Of a DNA stretch of 64,000 bases, positions 49,272 to 57,772 are shown piece by piece. The DNA comes from an uncultured Gemmataceae bacterium. Lineage in GTDB: Bacteria; Planctomycetota; Planctomycetia; Gemmatales; Gemmataceae. The translations under genes were made by a program, and so were the position numbers. Numbering within the stretch: position 1 is the stretch's first letter; each line of letters starts with the position of its first letter. The notes under the pieces were generated by a model. It did no database searches and was not told where the DNA came from. It saw nothing but the letters and a program-made list of their open reading frames with translations. The stretch lies in contig CAVVPN010000004.1 in assembly GCA_963750165.1 (NCBI GenBank), forward strand, positions 928,001 through 992,000, in the 5' to 3' direction.

Positions 49272-50699
49272 TCACTCCTTTTTCACCCGCTTCAACAACC
49301 AATCGCGAACCAGTTCCAGCGCCACCGGCGCGAACGTCTCCTCAATCTGCGCGTACTCCGCCAGCGACCCGGTCTTGCATGTCTGGAACAGATGGTTCAG
49401 CCCCGCCATCTCCTTGACCGTGACATCCTTGTTCCCGCCCTCCTTCAGCGCCGCGGCCACGGCGGCCAAATTCTCCTTCGGCGGCACCTGCACGTCCTTC
49501 GCGCCGACCAGCGCCAGCACCGGGCAGCGCAGCTGACGCAGCGCCGGCCGCGGGTCGTGCGCCAGGAACGAGCGGAACCAGCGCGTCACGCTCGTTCGGA
49601 ACTGCTGCTTCAGCGCCGGCCCCACGGCTTCCACCGCCTTCTTCTCCTCGTCGGTCATCTTCGCCACCTTTTCCGCCCACTCCTTCTCAAACCGCTTCAC
49701 CGCCGCCGCGTTGTCCTTCTCCTGCTTGACAATTCCGAGCATCCACTCCTGCAGGACGCGTTGCTCCTTGAGTTCCTTCTCACCGGCGCCGGTCGCCTTC
49801 AAAAAAGCCTGGCCCTGCATGTACAGGATGTCCTCGCCCGGCAAGCCCGGCCCCGCCAGCATCACCACAAACGCCACCTCCGGCGCCCGCGACGCCGCCA
49901 GCGGCCCCACGATGCCGCCCTCACTGTGGCCAATGAAACCGATGCGCTTCGGGTCGATGTCCTTGTGCCCTTTTAGAAACGCCAGCGCCGCCAGCGCGTC
50001 GTCGGCGAACTCGTCCAGCGTCGTCTGCATGACACTGCCGGTCGAGCCACCAACGCCGCGGTCGTCCACGCGCAGCACGGCGATGCCCTGGCGCGTCAGA
50101 TGGTCCGCCAGCACCAGGAACGGCTTGTGGTCCATGAGCGTCTCGTCGCGGTCCTGCGGCCCCGAACCCGACAGCAACAGGGCGCAGGCGAACGGGCCCT
50201 TGCCCTTCGGCAGCGTCAGCGTCCCCGCGAACTTGACGCCGGCCTTCTTGTTCTCGAAGGTCACCTCTTCTTCACGGTACGGATACGGCTTCTTCGGTTC
50301 CTGCGGCCGCCGCACCACCGGCGCCTTTGCCGACCACTTCAGCGTCAGCGCCAACTTCTGGCCGCCCTGCTCGAAATCGCCGGCCAGGGTTTTGCCGCCA
50401 TCCTGCAGCTTGCCCGTGTAGACGGCACCAATGCTCTTGATCTCCAACCGCACCGCCCTATCCTTGACCTCCGCCTTGCTGATCGGGATGCCCCGGGCGC
50501 CCTGGTCGAGGCTGTCCAGCGTGCCGGTCAACGTGTCTTTCTTACGCTCCAGATGAAAGCCGAGCCGCAGTTCCGTGCCGCCGACTTTCAGCTTGCCCTG
50601 CCAGTAGCCTGCCACTCCGCCGGGGCCCTGCGCCAGCACCGCCGTTGCCAGCAGCAATGCCACCCCACCACCGAGGACGAACGCGCGTGTCAGCCGCAT
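49272..50699 (-). CDS. Secreted alpha/beta-hydrolase (S9/S15-like)
   Basis: Signal peptide; RPQEPK.PYPY, GSGPQDRDE, DDRGVGGS, GHSEGG, KDVQV, LNHLFQ. Confidence 0.9.
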   Translation of the reverse strand: MRLTRAFVLGGGVALLLATAVLAQGPGGVAGYWQGKLKVGGTELRLGFHLERKKDTLTGTLDSLDQGARGIPISKAEVKDRAVRLEIKSIGAVYTGKLQDGGKTLAGDFEQGGQKLALTLKWSAKAPVVRRPQEPKKPYPYREEEVTFENKKAGVKFAGTLTLPKGKGPFACALLLSGSGPQDRDETLMDHKPFLVLADHLTRQGIAVLRVDDRGVGGSTGSVMQTTLDEFADDALAALAFLKGHKDIDPKRIGFIGHSEGGIVGPLAASRAPEVAFVVMLAGPGLPGEDILYMQGQAFLKATGAGEKELKEQRVLQEWMLGIVKQEKDNAAAVKRFEKEWAEKVAKMTDEEKKAVEAVGPALKQQFRTSVTRWFRSFLAHDPRPALRQLRCPVLALVGAKDVQVPPKENLAAVAAALKEGGNKDVTVKEMAGLNHLFQTCKTGSLAEYAQIEETFAPVALELVRDWLLKRVKKE

Positions 50700-50700
50700 G

Positions 50701-51366
50701 TCACAACCTCCCCTGTTTTTCGAGACGCTTGTAAAGCAGCAGCGAGTAGAGTACAGGCCACAGCGCCACCACCCCCAGGCCAATCAGGCACACCACGATC
50801 GGCGCCCCCAGCAGCACGGCCACGAAGCCGATCAGCCCCAGGCCGAAATACAGGTACGCCGCCTGCCGATGCGTGCCCTCCCAGACCGCCTCGCTGGCCA
50901 GCGTCCACGGCGTCCGCACCCCCATCCAGAAGTTGCGCCGCACCTGGCCCAGCACGTTGCCCAGCAGCGCGAAGAACAGAAAAATGCCGCCGACGAACCA
51001 CTTGCCCGGATCTGACAGTAGCTCCAGATACATGAGCATGATGACCACGTGCAAGTACCCGAACAGGCCCACCACCACCGCCATGATGTAGCCGTACACG
51101 TCGCGGAAGCGGTCCACGTCAAAATGCTTCGGCGACAGCCACGGCAGCACCAGCGTCAACAGCAGCATGACGGTCATCGCGGCGGGCATGGGCAGGAAGT
51201 AACCGAACGCCTCCTGCCGCGGCACATAACGGTCGGGCCGGAAGTTGATGTCCCAGTGGACCGGCACGCGCTCGGGCAGCCGGTCCACCTCCGCCAGACC
51301 GACGTACAGCGCCGCCGCCCAGGCCACGGCCGTGAGCGCGGCGGCCGGCCAGAACCAGCGTGTCAT
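50701..51366 (-). CDS. sdpI: SdpI-family immunity membrane protein (DUF1648 + SdpI)
   Basis: LPERVPVHWD, GNVLGQVRRNFWMGVRTPWTLASEAVWEGTHR. Confidence 0.88.
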   Translation of the reverse strand: MTRWFWPAAALTAVAWAAALYVGLAEVDRLPERVPVHWDINFRPDRYVPRQEAFGYFLPMPAAMTVMLLLTLVLPWLSPKHFDVDRFRDVYGYIMAVVVGLFGYLHVVIMLMYLELLSDPGKWFVGGIFLFFALLGNVLGQVRRNFWMGVRTPWTLASEAVWEGTHRQAAYLYFGLGLIGFVAVLLGAPIVVCLIGLGVVALWPVLYSLLLYKRLEKQGRL

Positions 51367-51668
51367 GACTTGGGCTCCTTGTGCTTGCCGTTGCGGCCGG
51401 GCCGGGCGAACAGGTCCCACAGCAGAGCCGCCAGGTCCTCCACCACGGTCGTGTTCAGGGCGTAGAAAATCTGCTGGCCGTCGCGCCGCGCCGTGATTAA
51501 ATCCGCCTGTTTCAGCACGGCGAAGTGGTGCGAGACCGACGGCTTGCTCATCTTCTTTTCCAGCCGTTCCGCCAGCTCGCCGGCCGACATTTCGCCGCCG
51601 CGCAGCAGCCGCAGGATCTCCCGCCGCGTCGGGTCGGCCAGGGCCTTGAAGGCGTCGTTCATGCGCAT
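51363..51668 (-). CDS. sdpR: ArsR-family autorepressor SdpR
   Basis: FKALADPTRREIL, MSKPSVSHHF.VLK.ADL, GQQIFYALNTTV; overlaps the sdpI start. Confidence 0.9.
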   Translation of the reverse strand: MRMNDAFKALADPTRREILRLLRGGEMSAGELAERLEKKMSKPSVSHHFAVLKQADLITARRDGQQIFYALNTTVVEDLAALLWDLFARPGRNGKHKEPKS

Positions 51669-51689
51669 GGCCGCTGCTCCGTTCGATGG

Positions 51690-51737
51690 TTAGCCAACTG
51701 TCTAAATAAGTATAAGCGGATGACCGCCGCGGGGCAA
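51690..51737 (-). promoter_or_regulatory. Sigma70-type promoter (TTGCCC-17-TATACT) with adjacent palindromic operator TTAGACAGTTGGCTAA
   Basis: -35 at 51737-51732, -10 at 51714-51709, imperfect palindrome at 51690-51705, upstream of sdpR. Confidence 0.65.
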
Positions 51738-51760
51738 GCGGCCGGCGACCGTTCGGCCAG

Positions 51761-51976
51761 TTAGCGCGGTTCGCAGTGGTGTGGACCAGGAACGGCAGGC
51801 GAGTGCTCCCGAACCGTCCTGCAAACTGCGCGAGCCGCTCCCAGGCTCGAATCTCGACGTGTGAAAAAGTTGGCCCCCTTGGCCCCCTTGGCCCCCTTGC
51901 TGTGGCAGCGCAGGCCGCTGGAGGTCAGCCCGTGCCCGCCGCCACTTGTGCGCAAACCGTGCGTGAACCGCGCCAG
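51761..51976. mobile_element. MITE-like element with a (TTGGCCCCC)x3 tandem interior
   Basis: Ends TTAGCGCGGTTCGCA..GTGGACCA and TGTGCGC..CGTGAACCGCGCCAG, shared with 41877-41972 in the opposite orientation. Confidence 0.7.
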
Positions 51977-52000
51977 AGCGCGTTGCGGGTAAGTGTTGCA

Positions 52001-52068
52001 GGCGAGCGGCGCGGCGTCAGCCCTCCGGTACTGCGAAGCACCGGAGGGCTGACGCCGCGCCGCTCGCC
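52001..52068. repeat. REP-like palindrome, family B'
   Basis: Near-identical to 28356-28423. Confidence 0.85.
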
Positions 52069-52174
52069 TACTTCGAGAGGCACACCCTCTCAGGCCTGTT
52101 CACCTTGGCCGTCCGGCCGCTAGCGCTTATAAATCCACTGGGGTGGTGAACTGCCGCCCCAGGAGGAGCGCCGC

Positions 52175-52915
52175 ATGTCCGCGTCCGGTTCCGAAGAAAT
52201 CCAGCGCGTGGCCCGGGAGGTGCCGCCGGTCGGCACCGACCACTTCGACGAGTTCACCGTCCGCGACCGCATCGCGGAGTCGCCCGAGGCCCGCGCCGAC
52301 CGCATCGAGATGATCGGCGAGGAGACCGCCGCTGGCCTGACGCCCACCGCCAAAAACGAGGTCACCGCCGGCATGCGCTACCTGCACTGCAGCCGCACCG
52401 TCCACCAACTCATTGCCGACCGCAACCGCGCCGTCGCGCTCTACCTGGCCGTCGCCACCCTGCTCTGGACCGCGTCCACCGCCCTGCTCAACGCCAAACC
52501 AGACGTGGACCTGATCGTGCCGCTGCACGACCTGAAATACTGGTGCCTGCCGTTCACGTTCGGCGCGATGTGCGTGCTGGCGGTGTTCGCCGCCCTGCTG
52601 CTGACCCGCACCCGTGCCGGCCTGATCTACGAGGTCGCCAAGATGAACGCGCTGCTCGGCCTGCCCGTCGGCCGCGTCAAGCGCGTCAACCTGTTCAGCG
52701 TCTTCTTTCTGATGCAGGCCCTGATCAGCCTGACCGGCGGCTTCTCGGCGGCGCTGTTCGCGTTGCACCTGCTGGCGCTGGTCGGGTTGCAGGGCCCGGT
52801 CCTCGGCTGGCTGGCGGCGCTGGCCGGATTTCTCATGACGGTCGCCCTGCTGGCCCTGTATTTCATCACGGTGAAGGTCGTCACCTCGGACGAGAAGTTG
52901 CAAAAATACACCTGA
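52175..52915 (+). CDS. Hypothetical membrane protein (about 4 TM)
   Basis: AGGAGG RBS; soluble N-terminus followed by four hydrophobic segments. Confidence 0.78.
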   Translation: MSASGSEEIQRVAREVPPVGTDHFDEFTVRDRIAESPEARADRIEMIGEETAAGLTPTAKNEVTAGMRYLHCSRTVHQLIADRNRAVALYLAVATLLWTASTALLNAKPDVDLIVPLHDLKYWCLPFTFGAMCVLAVFAALLLTRTRAGLIYEVAKMNALLGLPVGRVKRVNLFSVFFLMQALISLTGGFSAALFALHLLALVGLQGPVLGWLAALAGFLMTVALLALYFITVKVVTSDEKLQKYT

Positions 52916-52930
52916 AGTCGAGTACCCATC

Positions 52931-54486
52931 ATGTCCGAGACTGCGAACCCGGCCGGCCCGAACGTCTGCGTGGTGATCGGCCGGACGCGCCACAAGATGA
53001 TGCAGATCGAAATCCAGGAAGCCGTCAAGCGCGGCGCCGGATGATCGAGCTGCGCCTGGACTTCCTGGCCCGCGCTCCGGACTTCAAGCGGTTGTTGAAC
53101 GTGCGCGCGTGTCCGCTGGTGGCGACGGTGCGCCGCCAGAGCGACGGCGGCCGCTACACCCATCCGGAGGAAGAGCGGCAGATGCTGCTCCGTCAAGCCA
53201 TCGTCGCCGGCTTCGACTGGATCGACCTGGAGACCGACATCGCCGACCAGGTCCGCCGCTACAAGGAGGTCAAGCGCATCATCAGCTACCACAACCTGCG
53301 CGAGACGCCCGCGGACCTGGAGCAGATCCACGAGACCATGTGCAAGCAGGACGCCGATGTGGTCAAGCTCGCGGTCACCGCCACCAAACCGCAGGACAAT
53401 TTGCGCGTGCTCCGGCTGGTCAAGGACTCCGCCAAACCGACCGTTGCGTTCTGCATGGGCGACCTGGGCACCAGCAGCCGCATCCTCGGGGCGAAGTTCG
53501 GCTCACCGTTCACCTACGCCGCGTTCAACAAGGAACGCGGCATCGCCCCGGGCCTGCCGTCCTTCGACGAACTGCACAATCTTTACTGCTACGAGCGCAT
53601 CGGCCCGGAGACGGCGGTTTACGGCGTCGCTGGCGACCCGATTGGCCATAGCCTGAGTCCGCTCATCCACAACAAGGCGCTGCGGCAGTTGAACCTGGAC
53701 GCGGTGTACGTGCCGTTTCGAGTGCAGCGCAGTCTGCTGCCGGCGTTCCTCGCCAGCTTCGAGGCAATCGGTCTGCGCGGCCTGAGCGTGACGATCCCGC
53801 AGAAGGAGGCCGCTGCCACGGTGACGCCGTTGACCGACGATGTGGTGCCGCGCATCGGCGCCGCCAACACGCTGGTCCACAGCCCGGAGGGCTGGAAGGC
53901 GTACAACACCGACGCCCAGGCGGCGCTGGAGTCGCTGCTGGCGCATGTGCCGGAGTCGCCGGAGGGGCCGCTCGCCTGGCTGAAGGCGCGCAGCGTGCTG
54001 CTGCTGGGGGCCGGCGGCGCGGCCCGGGCGCTGGCGTTCGTGCTCAGCGACAAGGCCGGCATGTTGACCGTCACCAGCCGCACCCCCGAGCACGCCGCCC
54101 AGCTGGCCAGCCAGGCCAGCTGCCGCGTCGTCGATTGGGCGGCCCGGCACAACGTGCTGTGCGATCTGGTCATCAACTGCACCCCCGTCGGCATGTTCCC
54201 CAACGTCGATGAGAGCCCGCTGCACGCGAGTTTCCTGCGGCCGGAACTGATGGTCTTCGACATTGTGTACACGCCGGAGACGACGCTGCTGGTCAAGGAG
54301 GCGCGGGCGCGCGGCTGTCATGTGCTGACCGGCGTGGATATGTTCGTGCGCCAGGCGGCGCTGCAGTTCCGGCTGTTCACCGGCCAGGAGCCGCCGCTGG
54401 AACTGATGACGCAGGTGGTGCGGCGCATTCTGTCGCCGGTGGCGCTGCGCGACGAGGACGAAGCTAAACCTGCTGCCGAGCCCTGA
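52931..54486 (+). CDS. aroE: Fused type I 3-dehydroquinate dehydratase / shikimate dehydrogenase (AroD-AroE), frameshifted near 53037
   Basis: IELRLDFL, IISYHN, FCMG; HSLSP.IHN, SVTIP.K, GAANT, NTD, GAGGAAR, NCTPVGM, MFVRQA. Confidence 0.92.
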
Positions 54487-54492
54487 ACGATG

Positions 54493-54538
54493 TCCGAGCC
54501 CGAGCGCCAGCGAGGGGCCCTCGCTGGCGCTCGGGCTC
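54493..54538. repeat. REP-like palindrome, family C
   Basis: Matches 917-974. Confidence 0.8.
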
Positions 54539-54557
54539 TGAGAGATGCGATTCCCCC

Positions 54558-55082
54558 ATGCGTGAGCGTCGCCTGTTCCTGATCGGCTACCGCGGCACCG
54601 GCAAGACAACCGTCGCCCGCCTGGCGGCGGTGCGCCTCGGCTGGGACTGGTGCGACGCCGATGAGGTCATCGAGGAACAGGCCGGCAAGACCATCCGCGC
54701 AATCTTCGCCGAGGAGGGCGAGGCCGGGTTCCGCGATCGTGAGGCGGCGGTGCTGGCGGAGCTGTGCCGGCGCGACCGCCACGTCATCGCCACCGGCGGC
54801 GGCGTGGTGCTGCGACCGGAGAACCGCGCCCGGCTGCGCGAGGCTGGCCGCGTCGTCTGGCTGACCGCTGACGCCGAGACGCTGTGGCAACGCATGCTCG
54901 CGGACCCGGAGACGGCGGAGCGGCGGCCGCCGTTGACGGTCGGCGGCCTGGCGGAGGTGGAGGAGTTGCTGCGACGGCGGGAGCCGTGGTATCGGGCCTG
55001 TGCGGACGAGGTGGTGGACACGGTGGGCCGCGGCCCCGAGGAAGTGGCGGCCCTGGTGGCGCCGCGGGGGGTGCCGTCGTGA
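54558..55082 (+). CDS. aroK: Shikimate kinase
   Basis: GYRGTGKTT, DADEVIE, GEAGFRDRE, ATGGG, RPPL. Confidence 0.95.
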   Translation: MRERRLFLIGYRGTGKTTVARLAAVRLGWDWCDADEVIEEQAGKTIRAIFAEEGEAGFRDREAAVLAELCRRDRHVIATGGGVVLRPENRARLREAGRVVWLTADAETLWQRMLADPETAERRPPLTVGGLAEVEELLRRREPWYRACADEVVDTVGRGPEEVAALVAPRGVPS

Positions 55083-56176
55083 TGTCGATGGTGCCGTTCT
55101 GGCTGCTGGGCGCGTTCGTCCTTGGCGTCTGCGTCGGCAGCTTCCTCAACGTCTGCATCGCCCGACTGCCGTATGAAAAGAGCCTCCTCTGGCCCGGCTC
55201 CACCTGCTTTAGTTGTTTGCAGCCGGTGCGCTGGTATGACAACATCCCGATCTTCAGTTACCTGATTCTGCGCGGCCGCTGTCGCAACTGTGGCAAGCGC
55301 TTTTCGTCGCGCTATCTGTTCGTCGAACTGCTCACCGGCCTGGGTTTCGTGGGCCTGTTTTACGCGGAGCTCGTCGTCAACATTCATCACTGGTCGGTGC
55401 CGCGCGGCCGCCAGTTTGAGATCGAGCTGGGCATCTACCCGTGGCAGTGGTTCATCGTCTGGGGCTGGCATGCGGTGCTGTTCTCGTTTCTGCTGGTCGC
55501 GTCAGTGTGCGACCTTGACGACATGACCATCCCCGGATCGCTGATTGTGGTGGGCACGGTCATCGGGCTGGCGGGCTGCGTGCTGATGCCGTGGCCGTGG
55601 CCGCGGACGCTGGGCGAGGCGCTGCCGTTGCCGCGGCCGTCCATCCCGGCGGGCCTGCAGTGGCTGATGCCGCAGGGCGGCCTGAAGGACGGCGTGTATC
55701 CCTGGCCGGTGTGGGGGCCGCTGCCGTCGTTCCTGGCGCCCGGGGCGAACTGGCAGACCGGCCTGGCGACCGGCGTGGCCGGCGTCCTGGTCGGCACGTT
55801 TCTGCTGCGCGGCGTCAGTTTCGTGGCCTCCAAGGGCCTCAACAAGGAAGCGCTGGGCATCGGCGACGCCGACCTGATGGTGCTGGCCGGCGCCTTCCTG
55901 GGCTGGCAGCCGGTGGTGATCGCCTTCTTCCTCAGTGTGTTCCCGGCGCTGGTGTTCGGGGCCGTGCGCTACGCCATCTACCGCGACAATCGGCTGCCGT
56001 TCGGCCCGGCGCTGGCGCTGGGCGTGATCGCGTCCTGGCTGGGCTGGCGCTGGATCGGGCCATATGTGCAGCCGATGATGTTCTGGGGCGAGATGCTTTT
56101 CTGGTGCGTCGTCGGCGGCGGGTGTTTCATGTTCCTGGCGAGCCTGCTGCTGCGCCGACGGCCGCCGCCGGAATGA
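55082..56176 (+). CDS. pilD: Prepilin peptidase (A24) with internal insertions
   Basis: GSFLNVCI.RLP, CFSC..WYDNIP..LRGRCRNC, CDLD, GIGDADL, PFGP.L. Confidence 0.9.
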   Translation: MSMVPFWLLGAFVLGVCVGSFLNVCIARLPYEKSLLWPGSTCFSCLQPVRWYDNIPIFSYLILRGRCRNCGKRFSSRYLFVELLTGLGFVGLFYAELVVNIHHWSVPRGRQFEIELGIYPWQWFIVWGWHAVLFSFLLVASVCDLDDMTIPGSLIVVGTVIGLAGCVLMPWPWPRTLGEALPLPRPSIPAGLQWLMPQGGLKDGVYPWPVWGPLPSFLAPGANWQTGLATGVAGVLVGTFLLRGVSFVASKGLNKEALGIGDADLMVLAGAFLGWQPVVIAFFLSVFPALVFGAVRYAIYRDNRLPFGPALALGVIASWLGWRWIGPYVQPMMFWGEMLFWCVVGGGCFMFLASLLLRRRPPPE

Positions 56177-56179
56177 CGA

Positions 56180-56209
56180 GAGCGGGGTCGCGTCAGCGCC
56201 CCGCTCGCC
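56180..56209. repeat. REP-like unit, family B
   Basis: GAGCGGGGTCGCGTCAGCGCCCCGCTC, same core as 20851. Confidence 0.8.
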
Positions 56210-56221
56210 CGGAGAAAACCC

Positions 56222-56839
56222 ATGACCCCCTCCATCTGCATCATCGACTACGGCATGGCCAACCTGCGCAGCGTGCAGAAGGCCCTGGAGCGCGTCGGCG
56301 CCGCCGCGGTCATCAGCGGCGATCCCAACCGCGTCGCCGAGGCCGACAAGATCGTGCTGCCGGGCGTCGGCGCCTTCCGCGACGCCATTCGCCGGTTGCA
56401 CGAGGCACACCTCGTCGAGCCGATCCTGACGCACCTGCGGCGCGGCAAGCCGTTCCTTGGCATCTGTCTCGGCCTGCAACTGCTGTTCACGCGCAGCCAC
56501 GAGGACGGCGTCCACGCCGGGCTCGACGTGCTACCCGGCGAGGTCGTCTGCTTCCCGCCCACCCCCGGGCTCAAGGTGCCGCACATGGGCTGGAACCAGC
56601 TCCGCGTCCGCCGCCCCGCCCCGCTGCTGCGCGACCTGCCCGCCGAGCCCAGCGTCTACTTCGTCCACTCGTACTACGTGGTGCCGCGCGATCCGACCGT
56701 CGTCGCCACGGAAACCGACTACCCGACACCGTTCGCGTCCGCGGTCTGGAGCGACAACCTCTTCGCCACGCAGTTCCACCCGGAAAAAAGTCAGCGTGTC
56801 GGTCTGTCGCTCCTTCACAACTTCGTCACGATACGTTAA
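56222..56839 (+). CDS. hisH: Imidazole glycerol phosphate synthase glutaminase subunit
   Basis: [42 protein letters not shown]. Confidence 0.97.
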   Translation: MTPSICIIDYGMANLRSVQKALERVGAAAVISGDPNRVAEADKIVLPGVGAFRDAIRRLHEAHLVEPILTHLRRGKPFLGICLGLQLLFTRSHEDGVHAGLDVLPGEVVCFPPTPGLKVPHMGWNQLRVRRPAPLLRDLPAEPSVYFVHSYYVVPRDPTVVATETDYPTPFASAVWSDNLFATQFHPEKSQRVGLSLLHNFVTIR

Positions 56840-56866
56840 ACTGAGCCACATCTGAGGAGACGAAGC

Positions 56867-57583
56867 ATGCTCATCCTGCCTGCGATCGACCTGCGCGGTG
56901 GTCAGTGTGTCCGACTGCGACAGGGCGATTACGCACAGGAAACGGTCTTCGGCGCGGACCCGACGGCGATGGCGCTACGGTTCGCGCGACAGGGCGCACC
57001 GTGGCTGCACGTCGTGGACCTCGACGGCGCCCGTGATGGCTACCCGGTCAACGCCGCGGCAGTTCGCAGTATTCTGCGAGCCGTCGCGGTGCCGGTGCAG
57101 TTCGGCGGCGGCCTTCGCAGTGCGGAGCACGTCGCCGAGGTGTTCGGCTGGGGCGTGGCGCGTGTGGTGCTGGGCACCCGGGCCCTCAAGGATCCCGACG
57201 GCTTCCGACAACTGTGCGAGCGCTTCCCGGGCAAGGTCGCCCTGGGCCTCGACGCCCGGCACGGCCGCGTCGCCGCGGAGGGCTGGGCGGAGGTGTCGGA
57301 GGTATCGGCGCTGGACCTGGCGACGCAGTGCGCCGCCTGGCCGCTGGCCGCCATCGTCTACACCGACATCAACCGCGACGGCATGATGGCCGGGCCGAAC
57401 CTGGAAGCGGTCGGCCAGCTGCGTGCGGCCGTGGACGTGCCGGTGATCGCCTCGGGCGGTGTCACGACGCTGGACGACGTGCGCCGGCTGGCGGCGCTCA
57501 AGGTCGCCGGCTGCATCGTCGGCCGGGCGCTCTATGAGGGTCGGTTGGATCTGCCGGGCATGCTGGCCGCGGCGTCAAGCTGA
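56867..57583 (+). CDS. hisA: ProFAR isomerase
   Basis: PAIDLRGGQCVRLRQG, HVVDLDGA, GGGLR, TDINRDG, ASGGV, GRALYEG. Confidence 0.97.
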   Translation: MLILPAIDLRGGQCVRLRQGDYAQETVFGADPTAMALRFARQGAPWLHVVDLDGARDGYPVNAAAVRSILRAVAVPVQFGGGLRSAEHVAEVFGWGVARVVLGTRALKDPDGFRQLCERFPGKVALGLDARHGRVAAEGWAEVSEVSALDLATQCAAWPLAAIVYTDINRDGMMAGPNLEAVGQLRAAVDVPVIASGGVTTLDDVRRLAALKVAGCIVGRALYEGRLDLPGMLAAASS

Positions 57584-57610
57584 CGCGGCGGCTCCTCTCC
57601 CTGCTCCGTT

Positions 57611-57720
57611 GTGGCACGGTCTCCGGACCGTGCCACCGGATCGGACCGAAGGTCTCCCTGTCAAAAGCGAGGAGACCTTCGGTCGAGCCGAGTGGCCTGG
57701 TCCGGAGACCAGGTCACACC
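57611..57720. repeat. Compound REP-like element (GTGGCACGGTCTCCGGACCGTGCCAC...GACCGAAGGTCTCC...GGAGACCTTCGGTC...)
   Basis: Three nested hairpins; the first is related to the interior hairpin at 41911. Confidence 0.75.
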
Positions 57721-57772
57721 GGGGCGGGGGCCTCTCCCTTTGCATCTGTCAGATTCATACTGGAGATTTGCA

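Noticed and set aside
49101..49976. 291-aa plus-strand ORF after moaA
   Set aside because: Mostly antisense to the hydrolase; only the first 20 or so codons (MNLELSEPLQRALDAQPNEPL) look like a small-gene remnant, too little to call
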